From: Octopus sinensis
Taxonomy: Eukaryota
NCBI RefSeq assembly: GCF_006345805.1
Contig: NC_043002.1
Coordinates: forward strand, 82,336,001 to 82,400,000
Direction of reading: 5' to 3'
DNA: 64,000 nucleotides
This document shows, one piece after another, positions 50,508-61,833 of this stretch. The notes under the pieces are model-generated. The model was not told the DNA's origin and ran no database searches. It saw only the letters and a program-made list of their open reading frames with translations. How positions within the stretch are numbered: position 1 is the stretch's first letter; every line of letters starts with the position of its first letter. The position numbers and the translations under genes are program-made.

Positions 50508-50989
50508 AATTTCTGATGGTTGTGGATATCATGTTATCAATCTTTTGTGATTTACAAAATTAATGTTACCAATTTTTTCCTTTTTAATTGCTTCAAAATA
50601 CACTTAAATATATAATACAGACTTTTTTAAACCAAGCATTGTAAAGGATATCTCGACGAAATTATATTTTATTAATGGGAATTATAAAAAAAAAAACGAT
50701 ACGAAACTAGAAATTAAATTTAAAAAAAACCAAGATTAGAAAGAAGATAAAAAATATTTAAATAAAAGTTACATCAGTTAAGTTTATCCTAAAATTCCAC
50801 TGAAGCATCTGAGATAGTAGATCATTTTTAATATTATGATTCTCTGTTAATTTTAAATTTGGTAAAATAGAAAATTTTCATCATCATGCTTAATAGTAGA
50901 TATGGATATTGATACATCTCAAATTCCGCCAGATTATTATTTAAGAAAGAAAATGGTGTTTCGAAATGCTGAAGATTATTTTCTAGAAA

Positions 50990-51276
50990 TCTTTATATAT
51001 AAAAATGAAGTTGTGTGTGTATCTGTCTACTCCGATTTAGATTCCTAACTACTCCCACATTTTGCGGTGCAGTTTAACCAAAAGCGGGCATCTTATAGTT
51101 GTGATTCATATCGAGCCCTTCTGGGTATTAGCGCGCGTCTACGATGAATCTACGATTTAAAAAAAATTTACCATCACTTTTCCGCATTTTTAATGATATA
51201 AAGGAAGTAACTCTCTAAAAATGCTTATATAGTTATTTCCCTTATAAACCCGAGCAACGCTGGGCGATACTGCTAG
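50990..51276 (+). mobile_element. Short non-autonomous Helitron
   Basis: A|TC...CCCGAGCAACGCTGGG...CTAG|T. Confidence 0.85.
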
Positions 51277-51800
51277 TGAATAATAAAGTTACAAGCTAAA
51301 AGTTATGTTATTTTAGCCAATCCTAAATCCTACATTGGCAGCATATTTTAGTAAGCAACCGTAATATATCGTAACGTATATTAAATGTTTTTATAAGCCA
51401 AAACACGTTCTAGTCACTAGATTGAAATGTAATAGATCGATACTAGGGTTATAATTATGGATGACATTTTCATTTGACACCGCTAGAAAAAAATCCCATT
51501 TTCCGTAGCGGTGTCGTATGAAATTGTCACCCATAATTATAACCCTAGTATCGATCTATTGCATTTCATTCTGTTTTAGGGTTACGATTAGTTAGAATTA
51601 GGGTTAGGGGTGGGGGAAGTGTATCTTTTTTTCTTCGCAAATGTAAATAAATCCAATCTGTTTCTGAGGGACATATCTAGTGTGTTTGCAGTGATCTTCA
51701 CATTATTATGTTCTCTGACGTCTGAATGCTGGTTATAATTTCTGTAGAAATAATTCTTGAAATGTTGTTGTCTTCATACTTTATTTCCCAAAGTGTTTTT

Positions 51801-51838
51801 CCTTCTGAAGATGGGCCTTTGCGTCTGAAATATAAAGG
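51801..51838 (+). ncRNA. Weak candidate minimal hammerhead
   Basis: CCTT-CTGAAGA-T-GGGC(ctttgc)GTCT-GAAA-TA-TA-AAGG; 4-bp stem I, part of which may come from the adjacent SINE head. Confidence 0.35.
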
Positions 51839-52001
51839 TAGGTGTGGCTGTGTGGTAAGTAGCATGCTTACCAACCACATGGTTCCGGGTTCAGTCTCAC
51901 TGCGTGGCACCTTGGGCAAATGCCTTCTACTATAGCCTCGGGCCGACCAAAGCCTCGTGAGTGGATTGGTAGACGGAAATTGAAAGAAGCCCGTCGTATA
52001 T

Positions 52002-52066
<65 letters not shown>

Positions 52067-52069
<3 letters not shown>

Positions 52070-52790
52070 CTTTCCAAGTGCACATTACTAGGATGGCGAC
52101 AAAGTGCAGACGACTGGCTGGGTGGATCCTAAGAACATTCGGAACCAGAGATAAAGAAACCATGATGGTCCTCTAGCGGACATTCGTCCTCAGCCGCCTG
52201 GATTACTGCTCAAGCTATGGTCACCCACCAGTGTAAAATTAACAGCGGACCTTGAAGCAATCCAGAGAAGATTCACAAAGAAGATCGTCTCTTTGTAACA
52301 GCTCAGCTACTGGGAAAGGTTGAAGCAGCTAAGACTCTACTCCCTGGAGAGAAGACGGGAGAGGTATGCAGTAATATATGACTGGAAGATCCTGGAAGGA
52401 ATTGTGCCAAATTTTGGCATTGTAAGCTACACCAATGCTAGAACGGGACGACACTGCATAGTGCCAAAGATCCCAGCAATGCCATCACGCTTCAGGACCA
52501 GCTTCTGCAAGAGCCCACAACTTTTTAATATTCTCCCAAAGAGTCTGAGGAACTTGCACAGAGTAGATGTACCGGTTTTTAAATCAAAGCTGGACATCTT
52601 CCTGTCGAGAGTCCCAGATGAACCTACCTCACGGCAAGAGGTGCAAATGAGAGTAGCTATATCAAACTCCATTCTTCACCAAGTGTCACATATTAAACGA
52701 GGTTCTTCATAATAACAGTGTAGCACAAAACGGCGGTGCATCAGCATGGCCGCAGCTCTGAGCTGAAACTAGAGAAAAAATATATATATG
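52067..52790 (+). mobile_element. CR1-clade LINE 3' end
   Basis: LDYCSQLWSP, IQRRFTK, ERLKQLRLYSLERRRER, FKSKLDIFLSRVPDEP; 3' stem-loop tail. Confidence 0.85.
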
Positions 52791-52797
52791 TATATAT

Positions 52798-53900
52798 ATA
52801 TGAATAAAAAATGGAGTTAACGCAGGTGTAAACAAATATTTTAACACATGTTTCGAAAATTCCACTGATACTATTCAAAAGAATAAATGGTATAAACAAT
52901 GCAATCTTCTCTTCGGGAAAGTGAAAAAAACGATACTGGTCAATACGACATTTTAGCAAAAAATGATGGATTTGTATAGCGATAGACAGAACGCTATTAA
53001 TATTGTTTTAAAAAACATTATATGATATAACGTCATAAGTAGCTAACAGAAAGAGTAGGGATATTAATAGTGAATGTTAAATATAAAGGAAATTAAAGTT
53101 TAAATTATATATAATGATAGAGACTACTTATATGCACTAAATGTATGTTTTTGCCAATGCTTACATCTGTATGCTCGCTCTATAACCGTGTTTACTAGAG
53201 TATTTTTAGAAAAAAAAATGGAAAATAGCTCAGAATTGCAGAGAAGACAGAATTTCTTGCCTTTGTCATATGGTATCGAAATTGAGAGGATCAACCATTC
53301 TAAATGAAATTGTTCATTGTGGTCTTTTAAATCCCAAATCAGTTTGCTGAGACCGGTACTATTACGTTTATTTCTATCCCTAAATGTTGAGTAATGGATA
53401 GAAATTCTTTTAGATAACTCTAACGATGTGCTTCCAATGTAAAATCGTACTTTATTACGAGTACTGATTATACACTGGTATATAGAATTTTTAACCTTAG
53501 AGTTATTTGACATAAACTTAATTCTATTACAGATGTAAGCATTGGCAAAAACATACATTTAGTGCATATAAGTAGTCTCTATCATTATATATAATTTAAC
53601 TTCCTTTATATTTAACATTCACTATTAATATCCCTACTCTTTCTGTTAGCTACTTATGACGTTATATCATAAACGTTTTTTTAAACAATATTAATAGCGT
53701 TCTGTCTATCGCTATACAAACCCATCATTTTTTGCTAAAATGTCGTATTGACAAGTTTCGTTTTTTTCACTTTCCCGAAGAGAAGATTGCATTGTTTATA
53801 CCATTTATTCTTTTGAATAGTATCAGTGGAATTTTCGAAACATGTGTCGAAAGTAAAAATATTTGTTTACACCTGCGTTAACTCCATTTTTTATTCATAT
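52798..53900 (-). mobile_element. 5'-truncated PLE with inverted pseudo-LTR; GIY-YIG ORF remnant at 53124-53558
   Basis: IYQ..FYIGST..RISIH..C.LC.SE; arms 52798-53171 and 53528-53900 are reverse complements. Confidence 0.88.
53769..53854 (+). ncRNA. Type-I hammerhead ribozyme, U4C core
   Basis: ACTTTC-CCGAAGA-GAAGA(45 nt)TTTTC-GAAA-CATGT-GTC-GAAAGT; perfect 6-bp stem I. Confidence 0.78.
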
Positions 53901-54042
53901 TATTCAAATATTCAACGTAAACACGAAGTTTCTACCTTTAAACACAAGGAGTTACAACATCTTTACTTGTGAGATTTTTGCTGCCCTGGTAACTATTTAT
54001 TTATTTTTCCGTGTTAATTGTTAACAAGGTAAAAATACACTC

Positions 54043-54049
<7 letters not shown>

Positions 54050-54086
<37 letters not shown>

Positions 54087-54293
54087 ATATATATATATAT
54101 GTGTATATATATATATATATGTTATATATATATATAGTGTATATATATATATATGTGTATATATATATATATGTGTATATATATATAATGTGTATATATA
54201 TATATATTGTATATATATATATTGTGTATATATATATATATGGTGTATATATATATATATGTGTTATATATATATATGTGTATATATATATAT

Positions 54294-54345
<52 letters not shown>

Positions 54346-54459
54346 TATATATGTATATATATGTATATATATTATATATGTATATATATATATATGTATA
54401 TATATAATATGTATATATATAATATATATATATATATTATATATATATATATATATATG

Positions 54460-54509
<50 letters not shown>

Positions 54510-54533
54510 ATATATATATATATATATAATATA

Positions 54534-54584
<51 letters not shown>

Positions 54585-54664
54585 TATATATATATATTAT
54601 ATATGTATATATGTATATATATGTATTATATATATATATATATATATATGTGTATATATATATG

Positions 54665-54695
<31 letters not shown>

Positions 54696-54741
54696 GTATA
54701 TATATATGTATATATATATGTATATATTATATATATATAGG

Positions 54742-54788
<47 letters not shown>

Positions 54789-55194
54789 GTATATATATAT
54801 ATGTGTATATAATATATGTATATATATATGTATATATATATGTGTATATATATATGTGTATATATATATATGTGGTATATATATATGTGTATATATATAT
54901 ATGTATATATATATGTATAATATATATGTGTATATATATATGTGTATATATATATGTGTGTATATATATGTGTGTATATATATGTGTGTATATATATATG
55001 TGTTATATATATATGTGTGTATATATATATGTGTGTATATATATATGTGTGTTATATATATATGTGTGTTATATATATGTGTATGTAATATATGTGTATG
55101 TATATATATGTGTATGTATATATATGTGTATGTATATATATATGTATGTATATATATATATGTGTATATATATATATGTGTATATATATATATG

Positions 55195-55226
<32 letters not shown>

Positions 55227-55375
55227 ATGTATATATATATATATATGTATATTATATATATGTATATATATATATATGTAATATATATATATGTATATAT
55301 ATATATGTATATTATATATATATATGTATATATATATATATGTATATATATATATGTAAGTATATATGTATGTAT
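54050..55375. repeat. 1.3-kb degenerate (TA)n/(TG) microsatellite
   Basis: Directly visible; source of the spurious YI/CV-repeat ORFs. Confidence 0.98.
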
Positions 55376-55935
55376 GTGTGTCTTCCCAACATCGCATGAC
55401 AACCGATGTTGGTGTGTTTACGTCCCCGTAACTTAGCGGTTCTGCAAAAGAGACTGATAGAATAAGTACTAGGCTTACAAAGAATAAGTCCTGGGGGTCG
55501 ATTTGCTCGACTAAAGGCGGTGCTCCAGCATTTTGAAATGTCGATTTTTGCCAATTTCTTTTTTCAGATTCGGAATCTCTGTAGCCGAGAAACGGGGTTT
55601 CTGTAAAAACAAATAATAAAAGAAAGGAAGGGTTGGTGGGGTAAAAATTAAGTCTTTTCACTCTTTGCACGCCACGTATCTGCCTGACAAGCTGTTAATT
55701 TCTTTGCATCCCTACAACTTAGGGGTTCGTTAACAGTATAGCGTAAAAGTAGCAATTGAATTGAAAATAAACAGTCTAGGCATATTTTTGTATCTTTTGT
55801 TATTTCTATCTTTTTCTTGCAATTCATTTTCCCAAAATATAATTACCGAAATGAAAACATTAAGAACTGGCCATTTTAGCTTTAGCATCCGATAAAATAT
55901 TAATAATACGAGGTACACAGCATCTTCCGAGTGTC

Positions 55936-57790
55936 AGTTCATTTCGTTAACTTTCCGCGTCGGTTTTTCGAAGTGTTTTCAAATCATATTTCATCTTCAG
56001 GTACTTAAAGATATTTCACATTTAACACTAATTTATTTATCATTATATATATATATATATATACTTATATAGATAGATAACAGGTAAGATAGAATACATA
56101 ATTTATTTTTAGTAAAAGCCGATGAACCTGGCTAATTGGAAACTTCAGACAAAAGCGAAAGTTTCAAGTGTTACAAGTCTGAATCGATATTAATTCTATT
56201 CTCCGATAAAATTGGCATATCCGTGAAAAAACACCAAATTTCTAATTTTTTTTATTCCAGTAGATATTTCATTTGTTGATTGTGTCCATTCAAAGCCGTC
56301 TGTTGTTTTATTTTAGAGGTATCATTTATTAAACATCTGTATTTGCTGTTTATTCTGTCAAAATAATTCTCTTTTATTTAGCTCCTCTTTTACTCTTTTA
56401 CTTGTTTCAGTTATTTGACTGTGGTCATGCTGGAGCACCGCCTTTAGTCGAGCAAATCGACTCCAGGACTTATTCTTTGTAAGCCTAGTACTTATACTAT
56501 CGGTCTCTTTTGCCGAACCGCTAAGTTACGGGGACGTAAACACACCAGCATCGGTTGTCAAGCGATGTTGGGGGACAAACACAGACACACACATATACAT
56601 ATACATATATATACACGACGGGTCTCTTTCAGTTTCCACTCACAAGGAATTCCGAACTAACACTCGGGAGATGCTGTGTACCTCGTATTATTACTATTTT
56701 ATCGGATGCTAAAGTTAAAATGGCCAGTTCTTAATGTTTTAATTTAGTAGAAGACACTTGCCCAAGGTTCCACGCGGTGGGACTGAACCCGGAGCTACTT
56801 ACCACACAGCCACTCCTACGCCTGGGAATAAACAATTATCTGCAACATCATAAAACAAATTGCTGACTGCAACGAGTGTAGGACAAAACTCCTCAGTTAT
56901 ATTTTTCGGTTGTCTTTCGTTTTATTTTTATTTCTTACTCGTTTCAGCCGTTAAACTGCGGCCATGCTGGGGCACCGCCTTCACTGAAACAAGTAAGAAA
57001 AAAGTTCTGGAGTCGGTAAATTCGACTATAAATTCTTCAAGGCGGTGCCCCCAGCATGGTCAGAGTCTAATAACGGAAGGAAGTAAAATAGGAAAACAGA
57101 TCTGAAAAAATTTTTTTTAATTACTGGTTTTAAAGTATTAGGAGGTGGGGTTCAAAGAAGTACCAAAATGGTTTTCATTTTCATAATTAGTAAACAAAAC
57201 TTAATCTATACACCAAATTTGAAAATAATTGCAACAAAATTGTAGAGTGTCGAAAACCATGACAAAATAAATATCAAAAACGAGCTGAAGGCTGTGCATA
57301 TGTGGACATTACACAAGGTTGTATAATATAATTTTAATAACAAAATAAATTTTAAAGATTAATTATTGGGATAAAAGTTTATATCCACAGTTAATCATTA
57401 TGAAAATGAAGTTATATTTTCTATTGTTGAATCTCTGCTTTTCAAGTGTTTCCTATATCTTCTACTGTTTCTGTGTCATTTCAGAATATGAGATGTTAGT
57501 GGTAAAAAAGAATTATTACGTCAAATATATCATGAATATTGATTGTCTTTTGAAGACTAATGGAAGATGTTACAATAGACATAACCCAGTTTATATAATA
57601 GATGAATGGTGAATAACTGAAATATTTCTTCTGAATTAATAGCAACATTTATTTTCCTGGAATATTTACAAAAGTATTTCACATTCTCTTTGAACACCGA
57701 ATGTGTGTATATCATCTTCAGATATTGACAAAAATAGGAGTTGCTGTAAATATAACTGTGGAAGTATTTGAATGAACAAAGAAACAGAAA
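55936..57790 (+). other. Third ZNF-paralog 5' structure (exon 1 55936-56083, intron, 5'UTR exon from 57485) with no zinc-finger CDS in the window
   Basis: Homology to ZNF1/2 exon 1, branch/acceptor region and 5'UTR; donor CAG|GTAAGA; acceptor TCATTTCAG|AATAT. Confidence 0.7.
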
Positions 57791-57792
57791 CC

Positions 57793-58914
57793 TCAGGTTC
57801 AGTAAAAAGTAAGCAACATTTTAAACCATGAAAAATCTGTACTGGATTTTTGCAGAGTTTTGAATCTTTTTAAACATTTGTTTTCCAATTGTCTGACAAT
57901 ACAGACATAGACTTGCCCAAATGCATCAATATAATTAACATTGATATTTTTTCACTGTAGTTATAATAATCTGAAATGGAACTATCAAAGCGTGATATTC
58001 GAGCAATTTTGCTATTCAACTTCAAAAAAGGACGTAAAGCAGCTGAAAGTGCTCGCGATATCAATGAAACATTTGGTGAGGAAATGACCAGTGAGTGGTC
58101 AGCTCGAAAATGGTTTAAACGATTTCGTAGTGGTGATCTCAGCCTTGAAGATCGTGAGCGTAGTGGACGCCCGTCTGTCATCGATGATGGTCAATTAAAG
58201 ACTGTCATTGAGAAAGATCCATGTAAAACTACTCGGAAACTGGCAGAAGAACTTAAAGTTAGCCAGAAAACTGCCTGCAACCACTTGCGTGCTCTCAGAA
58301 AATCAAGAAAGCTTGACAAATGGGTAAAACACGATTTGAATGAAAATTAGTAATTGTGCAAATATGAAATTTGCTTGCCGCTTTTTCTCTGTAACCAGAC
58401 TGATCCATTTCTTGACCATATTGTAACTTGTGATGAAAAGTGGACAATAATAAAAAACGTTCTTCGCAGTGGTTGGACCAAATTGAGGCACCAAACATCT
58501 TCCCTAAACCCAAACTCTTCAAAAAGAAGGTTAAGGTGACTATTTTGTGGTGTGCAGATGGACTCATCCACTATAACTTCTTAAAACCTAGAAAAACCAT
58601 TACTACAGAAACATATTGCTATGAAATTGCCAAAATGAATGCAAAACTGTTACTTGTCCATTCCAGACTGGTCAACAGAAGAGGGCCAACCATTCTTAAT
58701 GACATTGCTTGACCACATTTCACTAATGACGATCCAGAAGTTGAGGGAACTTGGCTATGAAGTTCTTCCCCACCCAGCTTATTCCCCAGGCCTTTCTCCT
58801 ACCAGCTTCCACTTTTTCAAGCACCTTGATGGTTTCCTGCAAGAGAAGAAGTTCAAAAATCAAGAAGTAGCCAAACTTTTTTATATACAGAATAGAAAAA
58901 CCTCTATCCTGTGA
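57793..58914 (+). mobile_element. Mariner element: intact 124-aa DNA-binding ORF (57976-58350), catalytic part disrupted, 3' end missing
   Basis: TIR-like TCAGGTTCAGTAAAAAGTAAGCAACATTTT; WFKRFRSGD.SLED..RSGRP; WVKHDLNE then TAG TAA; TCDEKW; frameshifts; YSPGLSPTS lacks the third Asp. Confidence 0.92.
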
Positions 58915-59345
58915 TATATACATAGCCTCCATTATGTCTGGGAAGAAAGACGGAACGGTCACAGTTGGGACGTCTTTGATCATATCTGTCCAATCAGATC
59001 CAACTCGGGACTAAACAAAAGGTGACAAAGGGAACAAGTCAAGGCAACAAGAGAGACTTTACCTGAGTGCTAGAAAGAGTAACTGAATCTTCCTGACGAA
59101 AAGAAAAGAAATGAAATTACCGTTTTCAAGAAAAAAAAAATAATGCAAGTTTATATTATTTTATAATGTTCACTTGGGAATTCATTACTTCTAGAAAAGA
59201 ATAAGACAAAATAGTCATGGCTGGAGCGCCTTTTCTCACAGATCCATTACAATCAGAGCTATCTTGTGGTTAAAACAATATTCTTCACTGAATGATGAAG
59301 TAGCTGAAGTTAAAGAAAAGTTGAAAGAATAAAAGATCGCAAGTA

Positions 59346-59750
59346 GGCGCAGGAGTGGTTGTGTGGTAAGTAGCTTGCTTACCAACCACATGGTTCTGGG
59401 TTCAGTCCCACTGTGTGGCATCTTGGGCAAGTGTCTTCTGCTATAGCCTTGGGCCGACCAATGTCTTGTGAGTGGATTTGGTAGACGGAAACTGAAAGAA
59501 GCCTGTCATATATATATGTATATATATATGTATGTGTGTGTGTATATGTTTGTGTGTCTGTGTTTGTCCCCCTAGCATTGCTTGACAACCAATGCTGGTG
59601 TGTTTACGTCCCTGTCACTTAGCAGTTCGGCAAAAGAGACTGATAGAATAAGTACTGGGCTTACAAAGAATAAGTCCCGGGGTCGATTTGCTCGACTAAA
59701 GGTGGTGCTCCAGCATGGCTGCAGTCAAATGACTGAAACAAGTAAAAGAG
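59346..59750 (+). mobile_element. Full-length tRNA-derived SINE, family A
   Basis: Complete head, internal microsatellite and CR1-like tail. Confidence 0.85.
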
Positions 59751-61080
59751 TATCCATATTCCAAATATTGAGATTCCCTTAACTAACGTAATTTTATTCA
59801 GATTTTCGTATGAAATAAATAGAAAATGTTATGGGAACTTAGTACATATTATGGCTAATATCCAGTGTTGTACGAGAGTAGTTTCACGGATCTTGTCAAT
59901 CCCAGTCATGGATTTTTTAATTAATTTTTCTTAGCTAAACAGTTTGAAACTTTGGATACTGGTTGAATGTATCAGAGGTTTTTCTATTCAGAATATAAAG
60001 AAGTTTGGCTACTTTTTCTAGCAGATCATACAACCACATACAGGCTCCATCGTTGGTCAGTCTCAGTAATAATTTTATTGTTATTTAGCCTCAAATCAAC
60101 CCTGATACAACAAACCTATCATCAAAGACATTCCAGCCTTCAGCAAACTGTCTTTTTAGGGATAATCTAGGACGTTACGTACAATGGGCGTGTGATTTAA
60201 GTAGAGGGATACTTTGGCTGTTATTTTTAGCATGTCGAGCGACCAGGCAGAGGCTCTTTTATTGGTTCGATTGTGTGATGAGATTTGTTTTACACATATT
60301 TGTATGTATGTGTATATATCATCTGCAGAAATTAGAAATTAAGTCAAAAGCTGAGAGTTTCGTGTACTGGAACTTATCAAACACGAATTTGGCCATTATC
60401 ACTCTGTAACTTCTGCCTATTATTAATGTGTGTGTGTGTATAATAATAATAATAATGAAATTATTGTATACAGTGCTTTATTGTATACACCACAACATGT
60501 ATGTATGTATATATATATATATATGTGTGTGTGTATGTGTGTATTCAAAGAAATTCCAACTCTCTTTTTTATGTTTTATTTATATTCTTTATAATATTAA
60601 TGTAGAATATAGAATATATAATATAAATAGTATATATAGTAAAATGAAATGAAGTATTGATTGTCTTATTGAATAGATGAAATATTGAATATCAAATATT
60701 AAGGGACTAGTATACTTTCTTGCATTTAAGCAGTCTTCAAGGTCCTAGGTTGTGACAGGAATGTGTATATATATATATATATATCATCATCATCATTTAA
60801 CGTCCGCTTTCCATGCTGGCATGGGTTGGACGGTTCAACTGGGGTCTGGGGAGCCCGAAAGCTGCACCAGTCCAGTCAGATCTGGCAGTGTTTCTACAGC
60901 TGGATGCCCTTCCTAACGCCAACCACTCCGAGAGTGTAGTGGGTGATTTTATGTGCCACCGACACAGGTGCCAGGCGAGGCTGGCAAACGGCCACGCTCG
61001 GATGGTGTTTTTATGTGCCACCGACACAGGTGCCAGATGAGGCTGGCAAACGGCCACGATATATATATATACATACATGG

Positions 61081-61833
61081 ATGGAAATAGAAGTACTTAA
61101 ACTGAGAGCTAAGACGAATGAAGAAAAAGTAAAAACCATAGATGTAGAAAACAACGAAGAAGTCATCAAACTAACAGACAACATCAATACTGAAACATTA
61201 CTTACACTATGGAAAGAAGAATGTGAAAAAGAAGGACTAAAGTCCCTCCAACGATGGGAAAAGAGCGCCAACTGGTTCTTGGATTATGAAACCAACTTCA
61301 AAAATGAACTCATATCCAACAACCCCTTCATAAAATTAAGTAAAACAAAATCAAATACTAACAGAACGGAACAACCACCAAGAAATCTAAACACACTCTA
61401 CACCAGAAAAATACATTTAAAATGTACCCCACACTACCTACACCAACCCCAAAACACTTACAGGGGCCCACCACACCATTTAGAGAACCAAAGGGCTACA
61501 ACATACAATTCTATGAAAAACAATCCACATAACCAAACTAAGACTCCACCACCAAACATCTACCCTAGGAACCAACTATACAAACCTAACAAACAACAAA
61601 TACACTACAGAAGAAACAACTACCAACACAATATACCTGATAAACTAAGACGGAACACGAGGTACAAAAACACACTACAAAACAGAGCACCACAAACTCA
61701 CTCTGAAAATGATAACAACAGGAGACAGATAAACAGTATTTTTGAACATAACTACACCAACCATTTTTTAGACCTAACACACAGGAACAGGGATACACGA
61801 TGGCAACGGACAAACAAAAGAAACCACAGGTAA
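61081..61833 (+). CDS. Upstream ORF of the PLE (Asn/Gln/Thr-rich, unknown function)
   Basis: MEIEVLKLRAK...WKEECEKEGLKSLQRWEK; same strong A/C bias as the RT ORF; overlaps it by 34 nt. Confidence 0.5.
   Translation: MEIEVLKLRAKTNEEKVKTIDVENNEEVIKLTDNINTETLLTLWKEECEKEGLKSLQRWEKSANWFLDYETNFKNELISNNPFIKLSKTKSNTNRTEQPPRNLNTLYTRKIHLKCTPHYLHQPQNTYRGPPHHLENQRATTYNSMKNNPHNQTKTPPPNIYPRNQLYKPNKQQIHYRRNNYQHNIPDKLRRNTRYKNTLQNRAPQTHSENDNNRRQINSIFEHNYTNHFLDLTHRNRDTRWQRTNKRNHR

Noticed and set aside
54011-55670. Long YI/CV-repeat ORFs (also near 6165, 35318, 51868)
   Set aside because: Translations of (TA)n/(TG)n microsatellite.
57772-57975. In-frame fusion of the upstream ATG (57772) to the mariner ORF
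   Set aside because: Both candidate donors are phase 1 and give ATA ATA ATC TGA just before the mariner ATG, so at most a uORF.
60943-61080. N-terminal extension of the 296-aa ORF
   Set aside because: Reads through an RTE-tail repeat and (AT)n; PLE-like composition begins at about 61081.
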